Shown: one piece after another, positions 12,490 to 25,136 of the stretch
Layout of the letters: every line of letters starts with the position of its first letter
Position numbering within the stretch: the stretch's first letter is position 1
NCBI RefSeq assembly: GCF_001194135.2
Contig: NC_068985.1
Coordinates: 111,503,602-111,545,699 of the forward strand
Direction: 5' to 3'
Source of the DNA: Octopus bimaculoides
Taxonomy: Eukaryota
DNA length: 42,098 nucleotides
Translations under genes and position numbers: made by a program
The notes under the pieces: generated by a model
Told to the model about the DNA's origin: nothing
The model's database searches: none
Seen by the model: only the letters and a program-made list of their open reading frames with translations

Positions 12490-12700
12490 TTCTTTATTGC
12501 CCACAAGAGGCTAAACATAGAGGGGACTAATAGGACAGACAAGGGGGATTAAGTCGATTACATCGACCCCCTGTGATTAACTGGTACTTATTTAATCGAC
12601 CCCGAAAGGATGAAAGGCAAAGTCGACCTCGGCAGAATTTGAACTCAGAACGTAACGTCAGACGAAATACTGCTATGCATTTCGCCCGGCGTGTTATGCA
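12490..12700 (-). mobile_element. SINE family C with alternative tail type 2 (L1/Tx1-like)
   Basis: Body matches 40570-40690; the tail on the minus strand is TTGTCTGTCCTATTAGTCCCCTCTATGTTTAGCCTCTTGTGGGCAATAAAGAAAG. Confidence 0.85.
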
Positions 12701-12804
12701 AGAAACAACTAGGTTTCTTTCTCTCACGTTTTACATAGTTCAACATGTTTTCTGCCACTGAAACACGTTCTCTCAAAGAGTTTAATTCCAAGTCTACATA
12801 AGTG

Positions 12805-13170
12805 GGTATGGCTGTGTGGTAATAAAGAACCATATGGTTCCAGGTTTAGTCCTATTGCGTGGCACCTTGGGTAAGTGTCTTCTACTATAGCCCCAGGCCG
12901 ACCAAAGCCTTGTGAGTGAATTTGGAAGAAAGAAACGGAAAGAAGCACGTCGTATATATGTATATCTATTTGTGTGTGTGTGTCTTTGTGTTTGTCCCCC
13001 CCCCCATCGCTTAACAACCGATGTTTGTGTGTTTCCGTTCCCGTAATTTAGCGGTTCGACAAAAGAGAGATAATGTACTAGGCTTACAAAGAATGAGTCC
13101 TGGGGTCGATTCGTTCGACTAGAACCCTTTAATTCGGTGCTTCACCATGGCCGCAGTCAAGAGAATAGAT
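12805..13170 (+). mobile_element. SINE family A copy
   Basis: ATGGCTGTGTGGTAA...GGCACCTTGGGTAAGTGTCTTC...CCATGGCCGCAGTC. Confidence 0.85.
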
Positions 13171-14030
13171 GAAAAACAAAATAGGAATTTTGGAAGAACC
13201 GCAAAACTAGTTTTTAANNNNNNNNNNNNNNNNNNNNNNNNNNNNNNNNNNNNNNNNNNNNNNNNNNNNNNNNNNNNNNNNNNNNNNNNNNNNNNNNNNN
13301 NNNNNNNNNNNNNNNNNNNNNNNNNNNNNNNNNNNNNNNNNNNNNNNNNNNNNNNNNNNNNNNNNNNNNNNNNNNNNNNNNNNNNNNNNNNNNNNNNNNN
13401 NNNNNNNNNNNNNNNNNNNNNNNNNNNNNNNNNNNNNNNNNNNNNNNNNNNNNNNNNNNNNNNNNNNNNNNNNNNNNNNNNNNNNNNNNNNNNNNNNNNN
13501 NNNNNNNNNNNNNNNNNNNNNNNNNNNNNNNNNNNNNNNNNNNNNNNNNNNNNNNNNNNNNNNNNNNNNNNNNNNNNNNNNNNNNNNNNNNNNNNNNNNN
13601 NNNNNNNNNNNNNNNNNNACTCTTTGATTAGGGGAGTTCTATACAAATCAGAACTGAAGGGTGGTGGACACATGGGGTAGCGAGTGGGGTGGCTGTAGAG
13701 ATAAAATAGGTTTCATCCTACTTGCTTTTTAACTACTGTCTCGCTTCAAGCCATTTTTGCCACCCCACACCCACCCGTCTCTATCTGTCTGTCTCCCTCT
13801 CTCTTTCCCTCTCTCCCTCTCTCTTTCCCTCTCTCCCTCTCTCTTTCCCTCTTTCCCTCTCTCTCTCTTACATACGCACATTCACGATGTAAAGTGGGAA
13901 GCTACAATTGTCTGTACATCATGTAACTACACTTTTAGTGCAACTGGGAGGGACTGAAGACGGAAAAGTATTTCTAGAATTCAATTGTGTACATGTATGT
14001 GTTAGTAACAGAATGCTTGTGTGTGTGTGT

Positions 14031-14295
14031 GTCGGAGACAAAGGCTGTGATAGTGGAGAAACAATTGTCCGAGCAAACACACTCACACACAAACATACAC
14101 ACAGAAACACGCGTATTTACTACGGGATTCTATCAGTTTCCGCGCCTACCAAATCCGCTCACAAGGCTTTGAGTCCGTGTGAGTCACAGCAGAAGACTCT
14201 TGACTGTCACGCACTGGGACAGGACGACTCACACCGACTCAAAGACTTGTGAGCAGATTTGGCAGACGCGGAAACTGATAGAATCCCGTAGTAAA

Positions 14296-14330
<35 letters not shown>

Positions 14331-14402
14331 TGAACATATACAACGGGTACCCAACATTGGTGAGACAATTTTTTCTCCACTATCACAGTCTTTGTCTCCG
14401 AC
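14031..14402. repeat. SINE-derived fold-back
   Basis: Inner arms 14113-14185/14226-14298 (5 mismatches in 73); outer arms 14031-14069/14364-14402 (2 in 39). Confidence 0.92.
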
Positions 14403-14649
14403 ATACATACATACACGCACACACACACATACATACATACATACACACACATACATACATACATACACACACACAAATACATAGTTAAAGACGTGAAATC
14501 TTAATGATGTTCTGGACGATAATTGACGAGGAAAGAGCATGTCCATGTCTTGTCTGTGAATGTTCTATGTTCGTTCCTTTGTCGATCCTCCGTTTAATTT
14601 TTGAAACACACACATATGTATGTATATGTGTGTGTGTGTGTATTTATGC

Positions 14650-14681
<32 letters not shown>

Positions 14682-15210
14682 NNNNNNNNNNNNNNNNNNN
14701 NNNNNNNNNNNNNNNNNNNNNNNNNNNNNNNNNNNNNNNNNNNNNNNNNNNNNNNNNNNNNNNNNNNNNNNNNNNNNNNNNNNNNNNNNNNNNNNNNNNN
14801 NNNNNNNNNNNNNNNNNNNNNNNNNNNNNNNNNNNNNNNNNNNNNNNNNNNNNNNNNNNNNNNNNNNNNNNNNNNNNNNNNNNNNNNNNNNNNNNNNNNN
14901 NNNNNNNNNNNNNNNNNNNNNNNNNNNNNNNNNNNNNNNNNNNNNNNNNNNNNNNNNNNNNNNNNNNNNNNNNNNNNNNNNNNNNNNNNNNNNNNNNNNN
15001 NNNNNNNNNNNNNNNNNNNNNNNNNNNNNNNNNNNNNNNNNNNNNNNNNNNNNNNNNNNNNNNNNNNNNNNNNNNNNNATGTGTGCGCGTTAGATTTAAT
15101 AATATGCCTCATCACAAAAGGTCCTCAGTCACCTTACCTCACCTACTTCCCCCATCCACACACAACCATATCACCTGCACTCCTACTTTCTCTCTCTCTC
15201 ACTCTCTCTC

Positions 15211-15250
<40 letters not shown>

Positions 15251-16769
15251 TCTCTCTCTTTCACCGCTAGCTACTCCGCTTATCCGCCTCCTTACGTACC
15301 TGTCGTTTACACCGCAGCAGGTCTGTGGTTACCTACCTTACCTACTCGACAACGTTTCAAACTATTTGGCACGGTTTCCCCCCCCCTACTTCCCTCTATT
15401 CCCGCTCTTCATGTTGTTATTGTTCTTGTCATCGCCGTCATCGTGATGACGATCATCATCATCGTAATCATCATCATCGTCATCATCACCACCATCACCG
15501 TTTAAAGTGGCACAAAGGCGCTCTGCCGTCTTCGTTCATAACAAGGCTAGTAACAAAAGGAAACTTTACGTATATGTATATACATACATACATACATACA
15601 TACATACATACCAGTGTATGTATGTGTGTGTATAAAGTTTGGCGTGTTTCTACTTTTATGTATGTCATATGTGCTTAAAATGTATGCTTTGTACAGATGT
15701 CTTAGTGTGTGTATGTAGACTATATATATGTGTGTGCGTGTGTACTGTGTATGTGTCTAGCATATATGTATATATATATGTGTGTGTGTTTGTGTAAGTA
15801 GTGTGTGTGTATGAGTGTAGCATATATGTATATATATATGTGTGTGTGTTTGTGTATGTAGTGTGTGTGTATGTGTCTAGCATATACATTCAAATATGTA
15901 TAAATACACGCACAGATACTACATACATACACACACACGCATATANNNNNNNNNNNNNNNNNNNNNNNNNNNNNNNNNNNNNNNNNNNNNNNNNNNNNNN
16001 NNNNNNNNNNNNNNNNNNNNNNNNNNNNNNNNNNNNNNNNNNNNNNNNNNNNNNNNNNNNNNNNNNNNNNNNNNNNNNNNNNNNNNNNNNNNNNNNNNNN
16101 NNNNNNNNNNNNNNNNNNNNNNNNNNNNNNNNNNNNNNNNNNNNNNNNNNNNNNNNNNNNNNNNNNNNNNNNNNNNNNNNNNNNNNNNNNNNNNNNNNNN
16201 NNNNNNNNNNNNNNNNNNNNNNNNNNNNNNNNNNNNNNNNNNNNNNNNNNNNNNNNNNNNNNNNNNNNNNNNNNNNNNNNNNNNNNNNNNNNNNNNNNNN
16301 NNNNNNNNNNNNNNNNNNNNNNNNNNNNNNNNNNNNNNNNNNNNNNNNNNNNNNNNNNNNNNNNNNNNNNNNNNNNNNNNNNNNNNNNNNNNNNNNNNNN
16401 NNNNNNNNNNNNNNNNNNNNNNNNNNNNNNNNNNNNNNNNNNNNNNNNNNNNNNNNNNNNNNNNNNNNNNNNNNNNNNNNNNNNNNNNNNNNNNNNNNNN
16501 NNNNNNNNNNNNNNNNNNNNNNNNNNNNNNNNNNNNNNNNNNNNNNNNNNNNNNNNNNNNNNNNNNNNNNNNNNNNNNNNNNNNNNNNNNNNNNNNNNNN
16601 NNNNNNNNNNNNNNNNNNNNNNNNNNNNNNNNNNNNNNNNNNNNNNNNNNNNNNNNNNNNNNNNNNNNNNNNNNNNNNNNNNNNNNNNNNNNNNNNNNNN
16701 NNNNNNNNNNNNNNNNNNNNNNNNNNNNNNNNNNNNNNNNNNNNNNNNNNNNNNNNNNNNNNNNNNNNN

Positions 16770-16807
<38 letters not shown>

Positions 16808-17922
16808 TGTGTGTGTATGTATGTAGTATCTGTGCGTGTATTTATACATATTTGAATGTATATCCGTGTGTGCAAGTATATATAGGTAATGTCTGTACGA
16901 ACGTGTGAGTAGTTATACATACACACACACACGCGCATGTATTTGCGCTCCCATATGCTTTCGTCATGTGGGAACGCAACACAAATACATTATGTTAATA
17001 TGTATCTTTGTATTTGTAAATTGCTTACAAATTTAGTTATGTTCACGTGTATATGTGTGTGTGTGTGTGTGTGTCTTTCTAATTACAGGTATGTGAAAAC
17101 ATATTGTTACCTGTATTTATATCGTTTGTGTGTGGGAATATATTCAGTCGCTGCACACACGCCAACTAGATGACAAGACAGCAGTTACGCACTCACCCGT
17201 TCATTCAAACACACACACACATACATACACACAAACACACACACACACATACATACATGTATACGCCCATACACACATTCTGTGTAATCTCGTACAAACA
17301 CACAGGATAGACAAGTACGCACGCAGAAAAGACAGAAGGTCTTAAAAGCCAAGTTGACCCTACAGTGCGCACACACACACACACACACACATACACATAT
17401 GTGCGCGCAGCCCCCTCTCTCTTCTCATATGCACATGCACTGAGTTACACTCATACATACACTCCTACATACGCACACACATATACACAATCGCTCTGCA
17501 TAATTTTGTGTGTGTATGTTTGTGAGAGAGAGAGGGAGAGACAGACAGCAAAGTGGGCGGGAGACTAGGTTGTAAAATGACTAGCATGCCGAAAGCTACA
17601 ACTACATAATAGGTCCTTCGTCTCTGTCGACGATGAGTATTTAATTATTAGATCAACAGAACTTAACTACATATTAAATATGTGTAACTTTTAATTAATT
17701 TTCAAGTAGAATGTAACAGCGTGTGACAAGCAAGACTGGACTTTACAGGTAGAAACCATCGGAAGGGCTTCTATACAGTTTTCCTTCTACCTAATTTCAC
17801 TGACAAAGTATGGGCCGATCGTAGTCTATGGCAAAAGGCACTTGCTCAAAATGCAATACAGTGGGGTCGAAACCGGAGCTCATTAATTGGAAAATCAACT
17901 TACCACTAAGTTATGCCTGCGT

Positions 17923-17959
<37 letters not shown>

Positions 17960-18382
17960 CATGCATACGCACGCACACGCAACTTTCGCAGATCATGCAT
18001 ACACATAATCGCATGCATAAAGCACATTTTAAACTATATCCACCCGCTCAAAGAGAAATCACATCCAGCCGCTTTCGATAGGCAGTCTCAACAACACACT
18101 TTTTAGCTGCTGTTCAAGCCAGAGTTTTAGTAATAAACTAAGCTGAGCGCTAATACTACATACATATTACGTCACATCAGTTGACGAAAACTCATTCTCT
18201 ATCCTCTAAAGCACATAAACATATATAATCTCTCCAACATATACATCAGCTGTCTCTATTCTATCTAGACGTTTCGAAGATAAGACAGAACGTACTCTAG
18301 AATAGTCTCTTCCTGAGTAGTGGATCAACCCACTACACAGAGGATTCCAAGGTGGCAAACACAAACCAAGACAGGAAAAAAT

Positions 18383-18424
<42 letters not shown>

Positions 18425-18775
18425 TTGCTTCGAAACCACATGGTTCTAAGTTTTCTCATTGCGTGGCACGTTGGTCAAATGTCTTCTACTGTATCCTCAG
18501 GCCGACCAAAGCCTTGTGAATGGATTTGGTAGACGAAATTGAAAGAAGTCCGTCATGTGTGTGTGTGTGTGCGTGTGCGTGTGTGTGTGTGTGTGCGTGT
18601 GTGTGTCTACCACCACCGCTTGAGAACTGGTATGGGTGTGTTTGCGTCCCAGTAGCAGAAGACACCGATTGAATCAGTACCAGGCTTAAAGAAATTACTG
18701 AGGTCGACTAAAAATTCAAAGTGGTGCCCCAACTTGGCCGCAGTCTAATGACTGAAACAAATAAGATATATAACA
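18425..18775 (+). mobile_element. SINE family A copy
   Basis: AACCACATGGTTC...GTGAATGGATTTGGTAGACG...(TG)n...TTGGCCGCAGTCTAATGACTGAAAC. Confidence 0.8.
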
Positions 18776-19033
18776 ACAACGAAGACACCGACCTTAATAT
18801 TACTTTAAGACTTTACTTCTGAAGATGGGTACCTGCCTGACCGAAAGATTAATTTTCCTTCCTTCCTTCTAAAATTATTTAAAATTTTAATCCAATCTGA
18901 TCCGCGCTGCATATCTTGATTAATATTCTTTCTTTAACTACCACCATCTCAACCACCAATATTACTGCTATTACTACTACCACCACTACTATTACTACTA
19001 CCACCACTACTATTATTACTATACCCACCATCG

Positions 19034-19091
<58 letters not shown>

Positions 19092-19913
19092 TATCGCCAC
19101 CACCACCACCTCTAGCACACAGACACCCGCACGTGCGTGCTCACACAGACACATGCGCGCAGGGCATTGGTTGGCCCTGGGTTATAGTAGAAGGCACTTG
19201 CTGAAGGTATGGCGCAGTGGGACTGAAACACGAAACCTTGTGGTTGCAAAGCGAGCATCTTAACCACATTGGGGCAAATTTTCAATTATGAATATTTTGG
19301 CGTACAACATTCAGAATTCGACCTTTTAACGGAATTATGTCTGCTATATTGTAACTGGCTGACTGTATTGTGTGATTAGTAAACACTAGTTTGGTTGGTA
19401 TGCTAGTAATTACAATCACACTTGCATGTATGTATAGTTAGCTATAAGTACATACATGCAAGCCTGATAGCTTGTTTGTGCGTATACTGTTGTTACTTAA
19501 AATATATTTGAACCTGGTCGGCGTTGATAACACGCTGGCGTCATTATGGTTAGTAACAGCGGAGCAGATTATTTCAAATATTGACAATTTTCGCTATACT
19601 AAAACTACATTACGTATTTATACACAACTGTGTACATGTTTACCTCTTGAGGAAGTCACATAAATTACATACATGAGTTGGTCTTACTGACATTCAAGCC
19701 TGTTTCAAGACTTCGTTAATCCACTTCTCAGGAGGCTGTTATCTCAATGTTGATGCTCTATTGAGGCATAAACATCTGCAGATATGGCAGCATTGCTGGT
19801 TGCTAGTGTCAAAATCTGACGTACATCTCTTCTCTATATGCCTCAAGTTTATACTTCACTTTGACCTTGAACTACTTTCATAACATACAATGCTTCACAG
19901 TTTCAATATACAG

Positions 19914-20581
19914 AAAGCACTGAATCTATATTAATTCCATCATACTCTACTTTCTCTATATATTCTCCTCAGCTCTGCACTATATCTTCTGTAGTACAGT
20001 ACTATCTGTAAGACTATATAACACTATACTACATCTATATTAATTCTATCGTGCTTCACTATCTCTACACTATCCCCACAGCCCTGCACTATATCTTCTA
20101 TAGAACTATCCTTAACACTATACTATATCTATATTAATTCTATCCTTCTCTTTTATGTCTACATTATCTCCATAGCACTGGACTATATCTTCTATAGTGC
20201 AGCACTATCTATCTATATCACTAAATAACACTGTACTCTATCTTTCTATCTGTATTAATTCGAAGGTACGGTGCCATCTCTCCGATGACTCCATAGTACT
20301 ACACTATATCTTTTATAGTAAAGCATTATCTGTACTACTATACGACATTGTGCTATATCTTTATTAATTAAATAGCACTGTACAATGTCAACATTAACAT
20401 CATAGTACTGCACTATACCTATACTTCGCTATAGTAATGTTGCATTATACAGCAACTATGTAGTGTTGAACAATATAGTTGTGTGCGTATGAATATATAT
20501 GTATATATAGCACTATCAATATATGCATATTTACACACATATCAATGCATCTTTATATATATATGCACGAGTATAGTGTGA

Positions 20582-20619
<38 letters not shown>

Positions 20620-20889
20620 GCATTTCTGATATATATATCTATCAGAAATACATATATAGAACGATAGAATTAATATAGATATAGTATAGTGTTCAAGATA
20701 GTACTATAGAAGATATAGTGCAGGGCTGTGGGGACAATGTAAAGATTGTGGATCACGATAGAATTAATAGTTAAAGTATAGTGTTACATAATCATATAGA
20801 TAGTGCTGTACTATAGACTATATAGTGCAGGGCTGGGGAGACAATGTAGAGAAAACAGAGTATGATAGTTAATAGAGATACAGTGCTTT
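19914..20889. mobile_element. Foldback-like element with ~230-bp TIRs built from ~95-115-bp subrepeats
   Basis: 19914-20147 is co-linear with the reverse complement of 20658-20889 (AAAGCACTG...CAGTGCTTT). More subrepeats run to ~20470, with a (TA)-rich centre. Confidence 0.75.
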
Positions 20890-20910
20890 GTGTGTGTGTT
20901 TGTGTATATG

Positions 20911-20963
<53 letters not shown>

Positions 20964-22009
20964 ATATATATAAATACACATACATACATACCCACATACA
21001 TGTGCATATGAGAACGTTATATATATAACACATTTATGTTATATATATATANNNNNNNNNNNNNNNNNNNNNNNNNNNNNNNNNNNNNNNNNNNNNNNNN
21101 NNNNNNNNNNNNNNNNNNNNNNNNNNNNNNNNNNNNNNNNNNNNNNNNNNNNNNNNNNNNNNNNNNNNNNNNNNNNNNNNNNNNNNNNNNNNNNNNNNNN
21201 NNNNNNNNNNNNNNNNNNNNNNNNNNNNNNNNNNNNNNNNNNNNNNNNNNNNNNNNNNNNNNNNNNNNNNNNNNNNNNNNNNNNNNNNNNNNNNNNNNNN
21301 NNNNNNNNNNNNNNNNNNNNNNNNNNNNNNNNNNNNNNNNNNNNNNNNNNNNNNNNNNNNNNNNNNNNNNNNNNNNNNNNNNNNNNNNNNNNNNNNNNNN
21401 NNNNNNNNNNNNNNNNNNNNNNNNNNNNNNNNNNNNNNNNNNNNNNNNNNNNNNNNNNNNNNNNNNNNNNNNNNNNNNNNNNNNNNNNNNNNNNNNNNNN
21501 NNNNNNNNNNNNNNNNNNNNNNNNNNNNNNNNNNNNNNNNNNNNNNNNNNNNNNNNNNNNNNNNNNNNNNNNNNNNNNNNNNNNNNNNNNNNNNNNNNNN
21601 NNNNNNNNNNNNNNNNNNNNNNNNNNNNNNNNNNNNNNNNNNNNNNNNNNNNNNNNNNNNNNNNNNNNNNNNNNNNNNNNNNNNNNNNNNNNNNNNNNNN
21701 NNNNNNNNNNNNNNNNNNNNNNNNNNNNNNNNNNNNNNNNNNNNNNNNNNNNNNNNNNNNNNNNNNNNNNNNNNNNNNNNNNNNNNNNNNNNNNNNNNNN
21801 NNNNNNNNNNNNNNNNNNNNNNNNNNNNNNNNNNNNNNNNNNNNNNNNNNNNNNNNNNNNNNNNNNNNNNNNNNNNNNNNNNNNNNNNNNNNNNNNNNNN
21901 NNNNNNNNNNNNNNNNNNNTATATATATATATATATATAGTGTGTGTCTGTGTCTGTGTCATCTGTATGTGCATGATGTGCTTACGTATAAAAATGCTTA
22001 TGTACGTAC

Positions 22010-22043
<34 letters not shown>

Positions 22044-22289
22044 GGATAAAAATGTGTATGTATGCATATATATGTGTGTGTGTATGTCTGTGTGTATATA
22101 TGTGTGTGTGTGTATATATATGAATATATATGTATATGTTTGTATGAATCCATGTATACATGTTTGTGTGTGTGTGTGGACGTTTATGTAATATGCGGGT
22201 GTCTACTTTCAATCGAATAGAAATTTATACAATTTTGCGCTGTCTACAAAAGCTAACGCACGCCATACCTGTCTACTTGCTTACTCATT

Positions 22290-22640
22290 GAAGCTGTGAA
22301 ATTCTATGAATAATTATGCAATAACATGTGAGAAATGGAAGGTCAAAAGGGGAAGCAATTCTTGTCATCGCCAACAATGGAGGAAAGAGGTAAAAGCAGG
22401 CGTGAATATTTTTGAAGAAACATGCATTTTGCATGCCGAACTTAAAGCTTGCTGCTATAAAACGCACCACCACTGCAGTGAATGGGGGTAGTTTGGTCTG
22501 CAGTATCCTCGGACGTTTATGTTCATCGAGAACTGAACTTATTATTCATCAATAGAGAGACAAATGTAAAGTCGAATTTTGTCTGAGAGCATAATGTTCT
22601 TGATGTTAGTGATGGTCTTCCTCGGCCAGGAATGAACCCA
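22290..22640 (+). mobile_element. RTE (BovB-like) LINE 3' fragment
   Basis: Translates to ...CEKW...RQQWRKEVKAGVNIFEETCILHAELK... then, frameshifted, LVCSILGRLCSSRT. This matches the RTE C-terminal WR..V..G...FE and C..C.R.C.SR.GL.SH pattern. It ends at a (TA)n/(TG)n tract. Confidence 0.7.
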
Positions 22641-22642
22641 TC

Positions 22643-22680
<38 letters not shown>

Positions 22681-22684
<4 letters not shown>

Positions 22685-22967
22685 TGGTACTCCGTCGCTC
22701 ACGACGTCGAGGGTTCCAGTTGATCCGATCAACGGAACAGCCTGCTCGTGAAATTAACGTGCAAGTGGCTGAGCATTCCACAGACACGTGTACCCTTAAC
22801 GTAGTTCTCGGGGACATTCAGCGTGACACAGTGTGACAAGGCTGGCCCTTTGAAATACAAGTACAACAGAAACAGGAAGAAAGAGTGAGAGAAAGTTGTG
22901 ATGAAAGAGTACAGCAGGGTTCACCACCATCCCCCTGCCGGAGCCTCGTGGAGCTTTAGGTGTTTTC
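22681..22967 (-). mobile_element. Second copy of SINE family B (head lost in gap)
   Basis: Reverse complement aligns co-linearly with ~980-1350 (ttccacgagg...cccttaacgtagttctcgggg...cgacgtcg). Confidence 0.88.
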
Positions 22968-23514
22968 NNNNNNNNNNNNNNNNNNNNNNNNNNNNNNNNN
23001 NNNNNNNNNNNNNNNNNNNNNNNNNNNNNNNNNNNNNNNNNNNNNNNNNNNNNNNNNNNNNNNNNNNNNNNNNNNNNNNNNNNNNNNNNNNNNNNNNNNN
23101 NNNNNNNNNNNNNNNNNNNNNNNNNNNNNNNNNNNNNNNNNNNNNNNNNNNNNNNNNNNNNNNNNNNNNNNNNNNNNNNNNNNNNNNNNNNNNNNNNNNN
23201 NNNNNNNNNNNNNNNNNNNNNNNNNNNNNNNNNNNNNNNNNNNNNNNNNNNNNNNNNNNNNNNNNNNNNNNNNNNNNNNNNNNNNNNNNNNNNNNNNNNN
23301 NNNNNNNNNNNNNNNNNNNNGTGGTGTCAATTAGACCCAGAGGTTTCAGGTAATGCTGAGTGAGTGCTATGGATAGATCATAGTTAAGCTTCAGGTTCGG
23401 AGATTATGCGAATGAGGGGTCCAACGTAGGTCATATATCAACGTGTCAATATAAGGATTTACTTTTCATAATGAGATAAAAAAAACCAAGGCTGTGTATA
23501 ATATAATATAATAT

Positions 23515-23548
<34 letters not shown>

Positions 23549-23551
<3 letters not shown>

Positions 23552-24135
23552 TTTTATTTCAGTCATTTAACTGCGGCCACGCTGGAGTACCGCCTTAAAG
23601 GGTTTTAGTCGAAGAACTTAATCTTTGTAATCCTAGTACTTGTTCTATCGATCTCTTTGGCCGAACCACTAAATTACGGGGACATAAACACACCAGCATC
23701 AGTTGTTAATCGGTGGCGGGGGATACACAAACACTGACATACATACATACATCCATATGTATATACAGGGTGTCCACAAAGTCTGGGTACATGACGATTA
23801 ACACATACTTTAAGAAATTGTTATTTCTTATATTTAATTGTTTGTTATGATTTTATTTACTCCATGTACCCAGTCTCTGTGGAGACCTTGTATATATGAA
23901 AAGAGAATGGAGACTTTCGATTGACATATTTTAATTTATTAGCATAATATTATATTATTATTTAATATAATATAAATATTATAATCCTACACTCGTTTCG
24001 ATTCAGACCCAATAACAAATTTATAAAAATTCATGTTTTTGGGTAAAAATCTCATAGTACAAGACACTTGCCCAAAGTGCCAACTATATGGTTGGGAAGT
24101 AAGTTTCTTACCACGCACCCACCCCTGCGCCTATT
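23549..24135 (-). mobile_element. SINE family A copy split by a MITE and an AT-rich insert
   Basis: 3' part at 23549-23745; 5' part at 24058-24135 (AAGACACTTGCCC...CCCCTGCGCC). Confidence 0.75.
23766..23890. mobile_element. 125-bp Tc1/mariner-type MITE with TA TSD
   Basis: TA|CAGGGTGTCCACAAAGTCTGGGTACATG ... CATGTACCCAGTCTCTGTGGAGACCTTG|TA (28-bp TIR). Confidence 0.88.
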
Positions 24136-24469
24136 TATAATGCTAGATCATAATGTTCATAGTTTTCGAAGGAAGAATCTATATAAATCTACTGGACAAG
24201 TGTAGTTATGTTTCGTAATCTTATTTCGAACTAAATAACAATAGAGTAATACGTTACATAACGATGGGAAATAATTAATGACTGGCGAAGTTCCTAACCT
24301 GACAGACAGCTGATTCTTCAACAAGGGTTTATACTTACATAACGTAATCAAAGGTATTGCTGATTGATGACAAAGGACAACACCCCCACCTTTTCATACA
24401 TACATACACACACACACACACACATACATACATACATATATACATACAAACATACATACACATATATAC

Positions 24470-24507
<38 letters not shown>

Positions 24508-24646
24508 TGTCTTTTTATAGCCAACACTTCAAAGGCAAGAGATCTAACTGACTGACTGACCATTCACACAGAGAAAGGAATGATGGTCAAGATGTATCAT
24601 TAATTTGTGTCGAATCTACTTTTGTGTGTCGGTCATGACAGTGGCG

Positions 24647-24683
<37 letters not shown>

Positions 24684-25136
24684 CAGTTATAATGTGGAAG
24701 TGTTGGTGTTGGTTGTGGTGATGGAAGAAATACTCTGAATAAAGGTGGCGCTAATATTTCGCAATGATAACGGTGGTGGTGGTGATGGTGGTGGTGGTGG
24801 TGGTGGTGGTGGTGGTGGTGGTGGTGGTGGTTTTATGATTGTATTGGTGGTGGTGAAAATGATGATTATTGATTGTGACAGGGTGACTGGGGCACAGTGA
24901 AAGGTATGACTGGCAGGGTTGTTCGTTCTATGGAACGCTACCAGAGAAGGGCGGCAGTGGTTGTGGCGGTGATGGTACAATTGAAGCAGGACCGTAGCGT
25001 AAATATTCTATCTCTCCACCCTTCCCCCCCCCCGCAACCCCCGGCCCAATAGAGGATATGCAAAGGTGTTTTGAGTTCAAGCCCGAACTGCTTTTATCAA
25101 ACTACGAACTAATTATCTTTTCCTTTCTAATTTTGA

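Noticed and set aside
18819-18860. CTGAAGA...GAAAG hammerhead-like motif
   Set aside because: Only a 3-bp stem II and no stem I partner; at best a decayed PLE remnant.
23992-24058. Minus-strand hammerhead-like CTATGA-GATT...AATC-GAAAC
   Set aside because: The core lacks a G, overlaps the SINE junction (catagta resembles SINE tatagta) and has no stem III or cleavage triplet.
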